64,000 nucleotides of DNA from an uncultured Planctomycetota bacterium (GCA_963845755.1 CAWJTV010000011.1:768001-832000); one strand, 5' to 3'. Counted from the first letter of the stretch, positions 11,270 through 26,559 are shown. The notes: generated from the letters alone by a model not told the origin. Numbers and translations are program-made.

Positions 11270-14191
11270 ATGTCGCCTGTGACAACTCCATCGGTGGTCC
11301 GGCAGCTCGGGTCGCTGTTCGACGGCGGTTCCGTCGCCGGACTCTCCGACCGTCAGCTCCTCGAGCGGTTCAACGACCGCCGCGATGCCACCGGCGAGAC
11401 CGCCTTCGCCGCCCTGGTGGCCCGGCACGGGCCGATGGTCCTGCACGTCTGCCGGCAGATCCTCGGCGACCACCAGCATGCCGAGGACGCCTTTCAGGCC
11501 GTGTTCCTCGTCCTGGCGCGCAAGGCCCGGTCGATCCGCGACCCCGACCTCCTGGGAAACTGGCTGTATGGGGTCGCGTTGCGAACCGCCCGCAAGGCAC
11601 GAACCCAACTTGCCCGCCGGCGCAAGCATGAGGAGGGCGACGCCATGAACCGTCCCGGCACATTGGTCGAACCGATGGTCGAGCCGGCCGGAGGGTCGGT
11701 CCTGGCGCGCGAGCAGGCCGAGATCCTTCACAGCGAGATCGACCGCCTGCCCGGCCCGTTTCGCCTGGCGGTGGTGATGTGCTATCTCGAGGGCCTGACC
11801 CTCGACGAGGCCGCCCGACGGCTCAAATGCCCGGCCGGCACGATCCGCAGCCGCCTGGCCCGGGCCTGCGACAAGCTCCGCCGTGGACTCACGCGCCGGG
11901 GCGTCGTCGTGTCTGCGGCCGGCCTGGCCGCCACCTTGAGCCCTCGAGCCGCATCGGCAGCCGTCTCATCCCCCTTGTGCGAGATGACGACCCGGGCCGC
12001 GTTCGCGTTCGCGGCCGGACAGGCCGCCGCGCCCGCCGCGACGGCGATTGCCCAGGAGGTGATCCGATCCATGTTCGTGACCAGACTGAAATTCACCGTG
12101 ATGCTCTTGCTGTTCCTCGGTGCCGTCGCCGCCGGTGCGGGATTGGTTGGGCAGGAGCCAGACCGTCAGGCTGGAAAGCCTGACGTACCGCGTCAGGCTG
12201 GAAAGCTTGACCGACACGCTGCCCCGGGGCGGATGACCGTCGTCGGCCGGGTGTTCGACCCGTCGGGCAAGCCGGTGCCGAACGCGTCGGTGATGGTTTA
12301 CGCGCGGCTCAAGCAATTCGCGAATCCGGTCATCCGGGCCGGCGGCCTCGGCCTGGGCCCGCCGGTGACCGATTCCGGGCGCGTGCGAGGATTCGGGCCG
12401 GTTCCGGCTCGACGCGGCGCGGACCGCGTCGTCGCGAAACAGCCTGCTCGTCGCGGTTGCCCTGGCGCCGGGTTACGCGATGGGCTGGGTCGAGCTCGAC
12501 CCCGACGCCGATCAGCCCACCGCCGAGATTGCACTCCCGCCCGAACAGATCGTCCGGGGCCGGCTCTTCGACGTACAGGGCCAGCCCGTCCCGCGCGGCG
12601 GTCGTGGTGCGGTCGGTCAGCCTGATCGTCGATCGCCAACTGGGCAGTCCGCTGTTCCGGCCCGATTACTTCGATCGGCCGACGATCGACCTGCCCGCCT
12701 GGCCCAGACCGGCGATCAGCGATGACGCGGGCCGCTTCACCCTCCGCGGCCTGGGGCCCAAATTCGTGACCCAGGTCACCGTCGATGACGCGCGGGGCGT
12801 CCTTCCGCCAACCCTGATCCAGACCGACCACACCATCGACCCCAGAGACTTTGGCACGCTCTTACCCGTGATCAAGGTCGACACGGGCCCGGATCCCAAG
12901 CCGCTGACGATCGCCTTGCAGCCGACCCGCACCGTTTCCGGGCGCGTCACTTACGCCGATACCGGCCAGCCCGTCCCCCACGCTCGGCTCCTGCTCGGGA
13001 CCACGCTAGTCCAGGCCGATGGCGAGGGACGGTTCCGCGCGACCACGCCTCATGGCCGCGAGTTCGGGAACATCAAGGCTCAGTCGGCGGACGCACTGCC
13101 ATACCTGAATGTGTCGAAGTCGTTCAACTGGCCCAAAGGCGCGGTTGAGCATACGGTCGACCTGGCGCTGCCTCGCGGCGTGGTGATCCGCGGCAAGATC
13201 ACCGAGGACGGCACCGGAAAACCGATCGTCGGTGCGGTCGTGCTGTTTACCCCCTACAGCTCGGCACGAGCGAACAAGCAGGAGAGACACAATCCGACCT
13301 CGTCCGCCACCGACCCCGACGGCGCGTTCCAGGTCGTGGCGCCGGCCGGTCCGGGCTACCTGGTCGTCCAGGGTCCCAGCGACGATTACGTGCTCCGGGA
13401 GTTCGGCGCGAAGGGTGGGGAGTTCTATGCCGAGCCGGGCAACCGGCGTTTCTACGCCCACGCCTACACGTTCCTCGACCTCAAACCCGAGAGCGTCAGC
13501 CAGGACGTCAACCTCACGCTCCGTCCCGGCACGACCATCACGGGCCGAGTCCTCGGGCCGGATGGCCAGCCCGTCCGTGACGCATGGATCTTCAGCCGGG
13601 TCATCCTGCACGAGGTCCCCTCGGGAGGGTGGAAGATCTGGAATGTCAACTACGGCCGAGGCCGAGGCCAGGTTCACGACGGCCGCTTCGCGCTGCACGG
13701 GCTGGGTCCGGACGAGGAGGTCACGGCGTACTTCATCGAGCCGAAACGGGACTGGGGCGCCGCGGTCAAAGTCTCGGCCAGATCGGCCGCGGCCGGGCCT
13801 CTCACAATTCAGCTCGAGCCCTGCGGCACGGCCACCGCGCGGCTGGTCGGACCCGATGGGAAGCCGCTCGTCCGCTACACCTACCCGTTGATCTCGATGG
13901 TCGTCACGCCGGGCCTGCCATTCCAGGGCAACCTGGCGAAACCCGGCGGCCTCTTGGCCAACGCGGTGCGACTCGACGAAGTCGCCCCGCGCCATTACCA
14001 GAACCCTCGCGAATCCGATGCCCAGGGGCGGATCACGTTCCCGGCCTTGATCCCGGGTGCGCACCTATCGCCTCATCCACCCCAGCCAAGACGCAGGTGG
14101 ACGCATCCAGATCCGCAAGGATTTCACCGTCAAGCCTGGCGAGACCCTCGATCTGGGTGATATCCTGATCGAGAAGCCGCAAGCCCGGTAG
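11270..14191 (+). CDS. ECF sigma factor with extracytoplasmic repeats (copy 4; frameshifted)
   Basis: ORFs 11204 and 12457 plus a terminal frame DFTVKPGETLDLGDILIEKPQAR*. Confidence 0.88.
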
Positions 14192-14229
14192 AGATGTTCG
14201 AATCCATCCGCAAAGGCGAGGCACACGCC

Positions 14230-14309
14230 TATGCTAAAAATCCAGCACTTAAGTATTGACAGCTCGGTCGATCCTGCTATTCTTTTAGCATAATGCTAGT
14301 TTTCTAGCA
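14230..14309 (+). promoter_or_regulatory. Sigma70-like promoter with overlapping operator-like palindromes
   Basis: TTGACA(14256)-N16-TATTCT with an extended -10 TG; TATGCTAAAA/TTTTAGCATA inverted pair; TAGCATAATGCTA and TGCTAGTTTTCTAGCA palindromes. Confidence 0.55.
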
Positions 14310-14367
14310 GGAAAGGAACCGTAAGTGCAGTAGGATGCACGGATCCAAGGGACGGTCCGAGAACCCC

Positions 14368-14429
14368 GTAGGGTGGGTGAAACCCCACCAAGAAGAGCCC
14401 CCGGTACTGGTGGGTTTCACCCACCCTAC
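14368..14429. repeat. GTAG-class REP doublet
   Basis: GTAGGGTGGGTGAAACCCCACC ... GGTGGGTTTCACCCACCCTAC inverted pair. Confidence 0.8.
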
Positions 14430-14472
14430 AAAGGCCGAAGCGAAGGTCTCCCGACGGGTGGAGTCACACGAT

Positions 14473-15854
14473 ATGCCGAGATCCACAACGAATTCCCCCT
14501 GGGCTCGCTACGAGCCGAAGCCGGACGACCCGTGGGACCTCCGCAAGGTGGCGCACCTGCACCGCCGCGCCGGCTTCGGGGCGACGCGGGCAGAACTGCT
14601 CCGCGACCTCGAGGCCGGCCCCGAGGCGAGCGTCGCGCGGCTATTCCACCCGCCCCAACTCGCCACCGAGGAGGCCGAGGCGATCGACGGACTGCGCCAG
14701 ACGGCTCGGACCTCGTCGAACCTCGACTTGCTCAAGGTCTGCTGGCTCAACCGCATCCTCCACGGGCCCGACCCGCTCCGTGAGAAGCTCACCCTCTTCT
14801 GGCACGGGCACTTCGCCACGAGCAACAAAAAGGTCGAGTCCGTCGCGCTGATGGACCAGCAGAACGAGACCCTGCGCACCCACGCCCTGGGCCGATTCGC
14901 CGCGCTCCTGGAGGCGATCATCCCGGATCCGGCCATGCTCGTCTGGCTCGACGGCGGCACCAGCAAGAAGGACAAGCCCAACGAGAACTTCGGCCGCGAG
15001 TTCCTCGAGCTGTTCACGCTGGGCGCCGGCCATTTCACCGAGCGCGACATCCGCGAGGCCGCCCGTGCGTTCACCGGCTGGGTCCGCGAGGATTCCCAGC
15101 GAGGCTTCCAGGAAACGCCGAAGTTCCACCACGATCCCGCGCAGGTCAACAACGGCACCAAGACCTTCCTCGGCAAAACCGGAGCCTGGGGACCCTCGGA
15201 CATCGTCCGGATCGTGCTCGAGCGCCCCGAAGCCGCGACGTTCCTGGCGCAAGCTCTACCGCTATTATGTCAGCGAGGCCGGCACGCCCGGCCCCGAGCT
15301 GATCGAGCCCCTGGCCGATGAGATTCAACAACACGACTTCGCGATCGGCCCGGTCGTCGAGGTCGTCCTCCGCTCGCGGCACTTCTATGCCCGGTCCGTG
15401 TATCGCCAGCGGATGAAGTCGCCGGTGGAGTTCAGCGCGGGGCTCGTCCGGATGCTCGAAATCCCGCGCTCCGGGATCAACCCCCTGGCGCTCTCGGCCG
15501 CCTGTGACACCCAGGGCCAGGAACTCTTCGCCCCACCAAGCGTCGAGGGCTGGGTCGGCGGCCCGCTCTGGATCAATCAGCGCCACACTCCTGGAACGGA
15601 CCAACTGGGCCGCCGACGTCGTCTGGGGCCGCGCCGAGAACGGACTCGCGCCGTTCGACCCCGCGGCCTGGGCCGCCGAATACCTGATTGAACCCGACCG
15701 TGCCGCCGCCGCCCTGATCGACCTGCTGTTCCAGGGCGACCTCGGTGACGAGGCCCGCCGCCTCGCCCTCGACGCCGGCCGCGACGGCAGCCCCAACGCC
15801 CTGCGCAAGTCCGTACAACGCCTCGCCAACTGCCCTGAGTTCCAACTAGCTTGA
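14473..15854 (+). CDS. DUF1800 family protein (frameshifted)
   Basis: HLHRRAGFG, LREKLTLFWHGHFATS, PAML.WLD, PNENFGREFLELFTLG, KSPVEF, PPSVEGW, terminal PEFQLA. Confidence 0.9.
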
Positions 15855-15871
15855 TACGGTAACAGATCAGG

Positions 15872-16053
15872 ATGATTCACCACAGAGACACAGAGAACAC
15901 AGAGAGAATCCAGACAACAGTCCGGTCGCTTGCAACACAGATGCTGATCCGGTCCGGCAGCATCCTGAGGATCGTGACCTGGAATCCGGAATTTGGAGTT
16001 TGGAATCTGGAATTGTATTCGTTTTCTCTGTGCTCTCTGTGCCTCTGTGGTGA
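15872..16053. repeat. Inverted CACAGAG-type repeat element enclosing TGGAATY heptamer repeats
   Basis: caccacagagacacagagaacacagagag ... ctctgtgctctctgtgcctctgtggtga; tggaatc cggaatt tggagtt tggaatc tggaatt inside. Confidence 0.75.
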
Positions 16054-16108
16054 AAAAACTCCGGTCTTCTCCGTCTCTCCGAACTGAGCAACAAGAAGGA
16101 GCCCCCCA

Positions 16109-17357
16109 ATGCACCCGACACGCCGCGAGATGCTTCGCCTGGGCCTGGGTTCGTCCGCGCTCCTGGCCTGCGGCCCGACCGTTCCGTTGTTCCTCGCCCG
16201 GTCCGCAAGTGCCATGGCGAACATGAAGGGTCGGATCCTCGTCGTGGTCCAGCTCGATGGGGGCAACGACGGGCTCAACACCGTGGTGCCGTATCGCGAT
16301 GACGAGTATCGCAAGCGGCGTCCCAAGATCCAGGTCGGGGCAGGGGAGGTCAAGAAGATCGACGACCACGTTGGGCTTCATCCGGCGCTCGAGGGCTTCT
16401 CGAAGCTGCTGGAGCAACAACGGCTGGCGATCGTGCAGAGCGTGGGCTATCCCAACCCGAACCGGTCGCACTTCGAGAGCATGGCGACCTGGCAAACCGC
16501 CCGGCTGAACCCGGACAAGGCGGCTCCCGGCTGGCTGGCCCAGGCGATCGACCGTCGTCCACGACCGGAGGGCGATGCGCCCGGCCTCCACATTCACGAG
16601 GCGATGCCGCTGCCGCAATCGCTGGCCGGCGGCCGACAAGTGATCCCTTCACTGGCCCGGCTGGAGCAGTTCCGCCGCCGGCTGGGCGTGCCCGAAGGAG
16701 CCGATCCCGCCGCGCAGGTCCAGGCCCTCGATCGCCTGGCCCGGCAGGACCGTGGCGAGCCCGGCTCGCTCCTCCAGTTCGTCGAGCGCTGCTCCGTCAT
16801 CACGTATGCTAGCAGCGCAGCGCCTGGAACGATTACATCAAGACAAGACGTCCGCATCCTCGAATTATCCCGATTTTTATGGCCTGGCCCGGCGGCTGCG
16901 CCTGATCTCCCAGTTAATCAAGGCCGGATTGTCAACCTCGATCTATTACACGCATCTCGACGGCTTCGACACCCACAGCGGCCAGCTCCAGCGGCACGCG
17001 GGCCTGTTGCGCGAGCTGGGTGGCTCACTCGGGGCGTTCCTCGACGACCTGGAGAAATCGGGCGAGTCGGAGCGCGTGCTGGTCCTCGTCTTCTCCGAGT
17101 TCGGCCGCCGGCTCGGCGAGAATGGCAGCGGCGGGACCGACCACGGCACCGCGGCCCCCGTCTTCCTACTGGGTCGGCCGGTCAAGTCCGGCCTCCACGG
17201 GCCATACCCCGACCTGACTTATTTGGACGACGGCGACCCCAAACACGCGATCGACTTCCGCGCCGTCTACGCGGCCGTGCTCGATCGGTGGCTGGGCGTC
17301 CCCCATCGCGAAGTCCTCGGCGCGGCGTTTGAGCCGGTGCCGGTGCTGCGGAGATGA
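16109..17357 (+). CDS. DUF1501 family protein, Tat signal (frameshifted)
   Basis: TRREMLR; LVVVQLDGGNDGLNTVVP; NRSHF; GFDTH; SEFGRR..ENGSGGTDHG; canonical partner of DUF1800. Confidence 0.9.
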
Positions 17358-17536
17358 GGAGTCCTTCGAAACATCGCCGGAAGATCGGCACGACCCACAA
17401 ACCGGTTGCGCGCAGACTACATCAAATGTGAATAGTGTAATAATAAATCAACTATATTGACACTGATAAAATCAGTGTACCCTTGCTCCACCTGTTAGCA
17501 GGAGCATGGCCCTCGGGCGATTGGCGGCCGGAAACC

Positions 17537-20500
17537 TCACGACAGAAGGAACTCGAGGTCCTCGCGGGTGAGGTTCTGGATGACGCCCTTGTTGTCGGCG
17601 TTGAGGATCGCGTCGGCCAGGTCGCGCTTCTTCTGCTGCAATTCGAGGATCTTCTCCTCGACCGTGTCGCGGCAGATGAGGCGGTAGGCGAAGACATGCT
17701 GGGTCTGGCCGATGCGGTGCGAACGGTCGATGGCCTGGGCCTCGACGGCCGGGTTCCACCAGGGGTCGAGCAAGTAGACATATTCGGCGGCCGTCAGGTT
17801 CAACCCCAGGCCGCCGGCCTTGAGGCTGATCAGGAAGATCGGGCAGTCGGGATCGGTCTGAAACCGCTCGACCTTGGCGGCGCGGTTGCGGGTCCGGCCG
17901 TCCAGGTATTCGTAGACGATCTTCTCCTGGTCGAGCCGCTCGCGGACGATCGCCAGGAAGCTGGTGAACTGGGAGAACACCAGGACCTTGTGCCCCTCCT
18001 CGACGACTTCGGCGATCGACGGGATCAAGAGGTCGAGTTTGGCGCTGGCCTCGCCGCCCAGCTCGGCGCTGATCAAGGCCGGGTGGCACGCGGCCTGGCG
18101 GAGCCGCAACAACGCCTCGAGGACCTCGATCTTCGAGCGATTGAGCTCGGCGGAGTCCTTGCGCAGGAGGGCATCGCGGTAATGTTTCCGGAGCTCGTCG
18201 TAGCAACGCCGCTGGTCGGCTTCCATGTCGCAGTAGAGCGTCTGCTCGGTCTTCTCGGGCAGGTCCTGGACGACCTGCTGCTTGGTCCGGCGGAGGATGA
18301 ACGGCCGCAGCGACTTGGCCAGGAGCGTGCGGTCGATCTCCTCGAGCGTCCCGCTGCCGGCATACCGCTTGAAGACCGTGTCGCTGCCCAGCATGCCCGG
18401 GTTCAAGTACTCGAAGATCGACCAGAGCTCGCCGATATGGTTCTCGATCGGCGTGCCGCTCATGGCCAGCTTGAAGCGGCTGCGCAAGAGCCGGGCGGCC
18501 TTGGCCGACTGGCTTTCGGCGTTCTTGATCGCCTGCGCCTCGTCGAGGATCGCGTAGTCGAACTCGATCGGGGCCAGTTCGGCGATATCCGTGCGGACCG
18601 TGCCATAGGTGGTAATGATCAGGTCATAATCCGAGAACGACTCGCGGAGGGCGTGGCGGCCGGGCCCGGTATAGTCGAGCACGCGGAGCCGCGGCGTGAA
18701 CTTGGTGGCCTCCTGGTGCCAGTTGAACACGAGCGAGCGGGGGACCACCGCCAGCGACGGCCCCTTGGCCTGGCAGTGCGCCCGCCGCCTTTGCAACAGC
18801 GCCAGGACCTGGATCGTCTTGCCCAGGCCCATGTCGTCGGCGAGGATGCCGCCGAACCCGAACCGCTGGAGGTAGTCGAGCCAACCCAGGCCCTCGCGCT
18901 GATAGGGGCGGAGCTCGCCGTGGAAGCCCGGGGGCGAGTCCAGCGCCACGACCCCCTCGAACTGGCGGAGGTTCTGTCGCACCTTCTCGAACGCGGCGTC
19001 GACCCGGATCTCGGGCTGGGCGGCCAGGAGCGCATCGAGCATGCCGGCCTGGGCCGAGCTGAAGCGGAGGTTGCCGTTCTCGTCGCCGGTGGCCAGGTCG
19101 GCGAGCATGCCGTACTTCTTGAGCCATTCCTCGGGCAGCATGCCCATCGAGCCGTCGCCCAGCTCGATCATGGCCTCGCCGCGGCGGGCGGCGGCCAGCA
19201 GGTCGGGGAGGCTGACGCGCTGGTCCCCGTAATCCACGCCCCCCTCGAGCTCGAACCAGTCGATGCCCGTCGACAGGGCCAGCTTGAACTCGCCGGCCGG
19301 CCGGATCAGCTTCCCTTCGGCCTCGATCCGCCAGCCGACGGCGACCAGCTCCTTGGTCACCACGGGCATCCGCTTGGCCGGCAGCTCGAGGGTGCCCGGG
19401 TCCAACCGCGGGTCCTTCGCCTCGCGGAAGCCCAGCTCGAAGAGCTTGACGTCGGCGGCACTCTCCGTCCGCGGATCGCGGCGGATCACCAGCCCCAGCT
19501 CGGTCGAGACCGCCAGCGGCGTGGTCCGGCCGGCCGGGATCACGGCGCCGTCGTAGTCGAATTCCAGCTCGCCGATCAGCTTGTCGGAGCCCAGGCCCCA
19601 GTTCTGGCGCGGGGTCCGCAAGGTCAGGCAGGGCCGCGGCTTGGCGACGATCTCCTCGAGGTTGAGCGTCTCGACCAGTTCCAGCGGGGGCACGCGCGGT
19701 CTCGGCCAGGATCCGGCCGAGCATCAGGTCCTGCTGCGGCTCGACGAACGTGATCTCCTTCTCGTAACGGAGCCGGAGGATCCAGGGCATGACGCCCAGG
19801 TCGTCGAACCGCGCGGCACGGCCGACGCCCAGGACCAGCAGGCCGGGGAGCAGGACCAGCGGTTCGGAGAGGTCCATGCGGTTCTCGCCGCGGCGGAGCG
19901 TGCCCCGCCAGGCCCACCGCTTGCCGCCCGCCTCGGAGCGGACATCCAGGACGAACCGCCAGGGCTGCCCGTCATCCCAGCGCACCGTCGGCGGGTCATC
20001 TTCCCCCTCGGTACGCCTCAGCCGCAACCGGCCGGTCCGCGCCAGCCGCTCCACCAACCCGGCCTGGTCTTTCCGCAGCACGAACCGACGTGTGCCGCGC
20101 AGCGCGCGATCGGCCGCCGCTCGCGCCGCAGCCGATCGATAGGCCGGAGCCGGAACCGGAGTCGCACCCGCACCGTTGGTTGTCTCGCCGCCCACCGACG
20201 GGCCGACGCCCCCGGCCGACGGGAGATACCCGGTGTGCTGTGGGCTCCCCTGGGCCTCATCCAGCAGGGCCAGGATCAGGCGGTCCTCGGGATCGTACTT
20301 GACGTGGGCGGCCCGAGGCGCGTAATACCAGGGACGCAACGGTCCCCACTCGCCGGTCGTCTTGCGCTGGCGGCGGGCCAGATCGATGACCACCTGGTTT
20401 TGCGCCAGGGTGGCGGCCACGTCCAGGACGTAGACCAGCAGCCGCTTGCCGTTGCGGTTGACCGCCTTGACCCGGCCCGTGCCGGTACCCACGATCCCCG

Positions 20501-21097
20501 AGCCGGGTCTTGCCGCCTTGACCTTGGCCCGGCGGTCCCTCGGCGCGGGGCCCCGGTCGCCCTGGCTCCAGGGTCCGGCCTCGCCCAGCGGCTCACCCCG
20601 CATCCCCCGGTGGTCCTTGCGCGCGGCCGGGCGCCCCGGCCTCCGCTGCCACCCGCGGGGCGCGGCGAACCCAGGCCGACCACGCCCAGCTCCGAATCGA
20701 TCACGTACGGCGGCTGACGCTCCATCCCCGGCTCGTTGCGGATCTCGGGCAGCCCCGACGGCGACGTCGGCCGCCGCGGCGCCTCCACCACCAACCGCAC
20801 CGGGAACACCGGCGGCGATTGCAGCAGCCCCCGCGAATCGGCCAGCAGCAGGGTCGCCCAGAGGTGCTTGCACGGCTCGCCCTGCGGGCTGAAATACGGG
20901 CAGGTGCACGAGGCCAGCAGCTTCGAGCCTCGCAGCCGCACACGCACCCGGTACTTCGCCGTCCCGCGCACCCGGGCCACCAGCTCGCCGGCCCGGGCCG
21001 CCATCACGGTCACCCGGCCCTTGATGAAATACGACTGGCCCCGCGTCCGGACCGCGTCGCTGAAATTCCGCGCGACTTTCTGGGCTATCCCCATCAT
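17537..21097 (-). CDS. SWIM zinc-finger SNF2/DEAD-box helicase (frameshifted)
   Basis: CTCP..CKHLWA SWIM; LRPYQREG, LADDMGLGKT, DEAQAIKN, SGTPIEN, SLKAGGLGLNLT, DPWWNPAVEAQAIDRSHRIGQ. Confidence 0.92.
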
Positions 21098-21118
21098 ATG
21101 TCCGTCGTCCGTTTTTCC

Positions 21119-21366
21119 TTGGTCATTGGTCATGGGTCATTGGTCACTGGTCACCGGCTCAGGGCTTGGCGCGATGGGGGCCTTCTCCTCACCGGGCACC
21201 GTGGTCTCGAGGCATACGGGTAAGCGGGTCAGGAGTTCGTCTTTTGCTTCGTCGCGAGAGGACCGCCGAATTCTCCCGCCGCGCGGTTCGTCAAGACGGC
21301 CGAAAACCGACGGGGATCGGCATCATGATTTAATGATCAATGACCAATAACCAATGACAAGTGACG
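21119..21366. repeat. Inverted arrays of TGGTCAT/ATGACCA heptamer repeats
   Basis: tggtcat tggtcat gggtcat tggtcac tggtcac at ~21120-21154; aatgatc aatgacc aataacc aatgaca agtgacg at ~21332-21366. Confidence 0.75.
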
Positions 21367-21367
21367 A

Positions 21368-24030
<2,663 letters not shown>

Positions 24031-24382
24031 CGAAGGTTTCCCTTGATCCATGCGTCTCGTCGTCCCAAGTCGAGCCCGACCGGGCCGGGTCGGACGAGAT
24101 TGGCTATCCTCGGTCGCCGCGGGTCGCGGCGCGTCCCGGCCTCCGGCTTCGTCTCATCCCGTATCGCGCCCCGCCCGCTCATGCCGGGCGGCCGTATCCC
24201 GCGGGCGCCCCCGCCCGTGGCCATGCCGTCGCCGGAAGTCCGGACGGGCACGGCAGGTCCAAATCCGGTCTGTTCCCAGCATTCTCGATTTCCGATGCCC
24301 CATGAGGAATGAGGAGAGTTCGGGAATCCGGGTTTCCGAAATCCCGGATCGCCCATCCGGAATCGCCAGCCCGGAATCGCCG

Positions 24383-24836
24383 TCATGCCTGCGCGGGCCC
24401 GCGGTCACCCCGACGGTTCGGGCCCGCGCCGGGTTCCGTCCCGGACCAGGGCCGGGCGCGCCCCGGAGACGTACCACCCGCCTCGGCCGCCGACTCACCG
24501 GCGCCGCCGCCCTCGTCGGGCCCCACAGTCCCGACCCGGAAGCGGATGTCGTGAATCGCCGTCCCCGGCGCAGCCCGAGCGCAACGCCGCCAAAAGGGCC
24601 GGCTTGCGAAACGCGGCCAACTCCTCCAACAGCGCCGGATGGGACACTGTCACGTTCAACACCCCTCGCCGCACCTCACCCAGTTGGGTCTGACGGCACT
24701 CCGGCTCGCCCACCGCCGCGTTCCAGGCATCCTCCAGCTCCTGCCGGACCCAGAACCGCCCGTATCCCCGCACGGTGAACAGCTCGCCGAGAATCTCCGA
24801 CAGCGCCTTGGGCCCTCGACGATTCGGGATTGACAT
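24383..24836 (-). CDS. DUF721/DciA-like protein (frameshift near 24570)
   Basis: PKALSEIL..LEDAWNAAVG..VRRGVLNVTVSHPALLEEL..IHDIRFRVG; located between dnaN and gyrB. Confidence 0.8.
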
Positions 24837-25333
24837 GCTCCCTCAATCCAATGAAACCACGGATTCCCACGAGCCACGGAGAGTCACAGATTGCGGATAA
24901 ATGAATGATTTCTTCGGATCGCTCTCCCGCGGCTGGTCCTCGTTCGGTGTGATCGCGCGTCCGGCGGCCCTCGGTCCTCTCCTCCACGCCCATCTCCACC
25001 TCGGGGAGAAACCCGACCGGACCGTCCCCACGCCCTTGCGGCGCCCCTGGCCCTCAATGCTCGACGTGAACGCCTCTTCGGCTATTCTGATTTTACCGGC
25101 CTCGTCCAGAATTTTCACCGGTTGGCGGCGCGTCGATTGCGGATTCCCGTACGCCGTGTGAGGTAAGCCGCAAGCCGTAACCGGAAATCCTTGCTCGAGT
25201 CCAGCTTGTAGAATCCCAGCTCGGCCCGTTCGCGGTGGCGTCGTTCGATACGCAACGCGGACCCGTGATTCCGTCCGGCCGTCGCAGTCCCCGTCTTTCC
25301 TGCGTATGGCGTGCCGGGTCCTGCGGACTGAAC

Positions 25334-26456
25334 TCATGACCGTTCGCGGGTCAAGGGCATGACCACGTAGGTATAATGATCGTCGGTCTTGAAAACGGCG
25401 GCGTTCTTGGCGTCGATCAGCTCGGCCGTGATGGCGGCGGTCTCGTCCAGGGTCTTGAGGGCATCCACCAGATATCGGGGGTCGAAGGTAATCTCGACGG
25501 CCTTGCCGTCGTAGGCGATCGGCAACTCGACGTGCGAGCTGCCGACGTCGGCCGACTGGCTGGTGAGTCTCAGCAACCCGCCGCCAAACCGGAAGTCCAC
25601 GCCGCGACTCTCCTCGCTGGTGACGATGGAGGCCTGCTCGACGGCAACCCGGAGCGAGCCGACTTCCAGGGGGATCCTGACCTCGATGTTGGTCGGGAAG
25701 ACATCCTGGTAGCGCGGGAATCGGCCTTCGACCAACCGGCTGTAGATCACGGCGCTCTCGGTCCGCATCAATACGGCGGCACCTGACTGGATGGCCAGGT
25801 GCACGGGTGGGTCATCGTCGGCCAGATGGCGCTCGATCAATTTCAGCGCCTTGACCGGGATGACGGGAGAGCCCAGCGGGGCGACCGGGCTGTTCTCGGC
25901 GTCGGCCGGGGCCGACATCCGGGCTAACCGTTGACCGTCAGTACCCACCATGGCGATGGACTCGGCGGTCATCTCGACCAGCACTCCTCCCAGGCGCATA
26001 GCGGGTGCTCTCGACGTCCGTGGCGAAGATCGTGCGGCGGATCAGCCGCTTGAGATCGGCGGCCGCCACCACATGATAGCTCGTCGCGGTGAAGTCGGGA
26101 ACCTCTGGGAAGAGGTTGGCGTCTTCCACCGGCAGGGTGAATTCCGAATGCAAACCCCGGACCACCAGTCGATCGTCCTCAGCCTCGATCGCCAGCTCCG
26201 AGTCGCTGCTCGTCCGGAGGATCGAACCCACCTGGGAGGTCGGCAAGATCACCGCGCCGGGCCGCTCGACTTTCACGCCCAGCACCCGGTGGCGAATCCC
26301 GACTTCCAGGTCCGTTCCCATCAGGACCGAGCCATCGTCGGCGTCGGCAATCAGCTTAACGTTCTGCAGGATCGGCTTGGGGCTCCGTGCCGGAACCACC
26401 CCGCTGACCGTGCCGAACGCCGTGAGTAATCCCTCACGGTCGCAGAGCGCACGCAT
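25334..26456 (-). CDS. dnaN: DNA polymerase III beta clamp (frameshift near 25995)
   Basis: KPILQNVKL, GTDLEVGI, FPEVP, TRYAL.GV, VGTDG.RLA, SRLVEGRFPRY, FDPRYLVDAL, YVVMP. Confidence 0.95.
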
Positions 26457-26462
26457 GCATTA

Positions 26463-26553
26463 AACGCCTTTCGGCATTACTGAGAGAGAACGTCGTGAGT
26501 GATTCCTCACGGTTTGCTTTGCTTTGCACAACGCCTTTTGGCATCACTGAGAG
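26463..26553. repeat. 24-bp direct repeat upstream of dnaN
   Basis: AACGCCTTTCGGCATTACTGAGAG (26463) and AACGCCTTTTGGCATCACTGAGAG (26530), 22/24 identical. Confidence 0.7.
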
Positions 26554-26559
26554 TGGTAT

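Noticed and set aside
1..14191. Diversity-generating retroelement behind the variable loops
   Set aside because: No reverse transcriptase or template repeat in the window; differences are not adenine-restricted
14335..14472. N-terminal extension of DUF1800
   Set aside because: It translates through a REP doublet; ATG 14473 is the more plausible start
17483..19753. 756-aa plus-strand ORF
   Set aside because: Antisense shadow of the SNF2 gene in high-GC DNA
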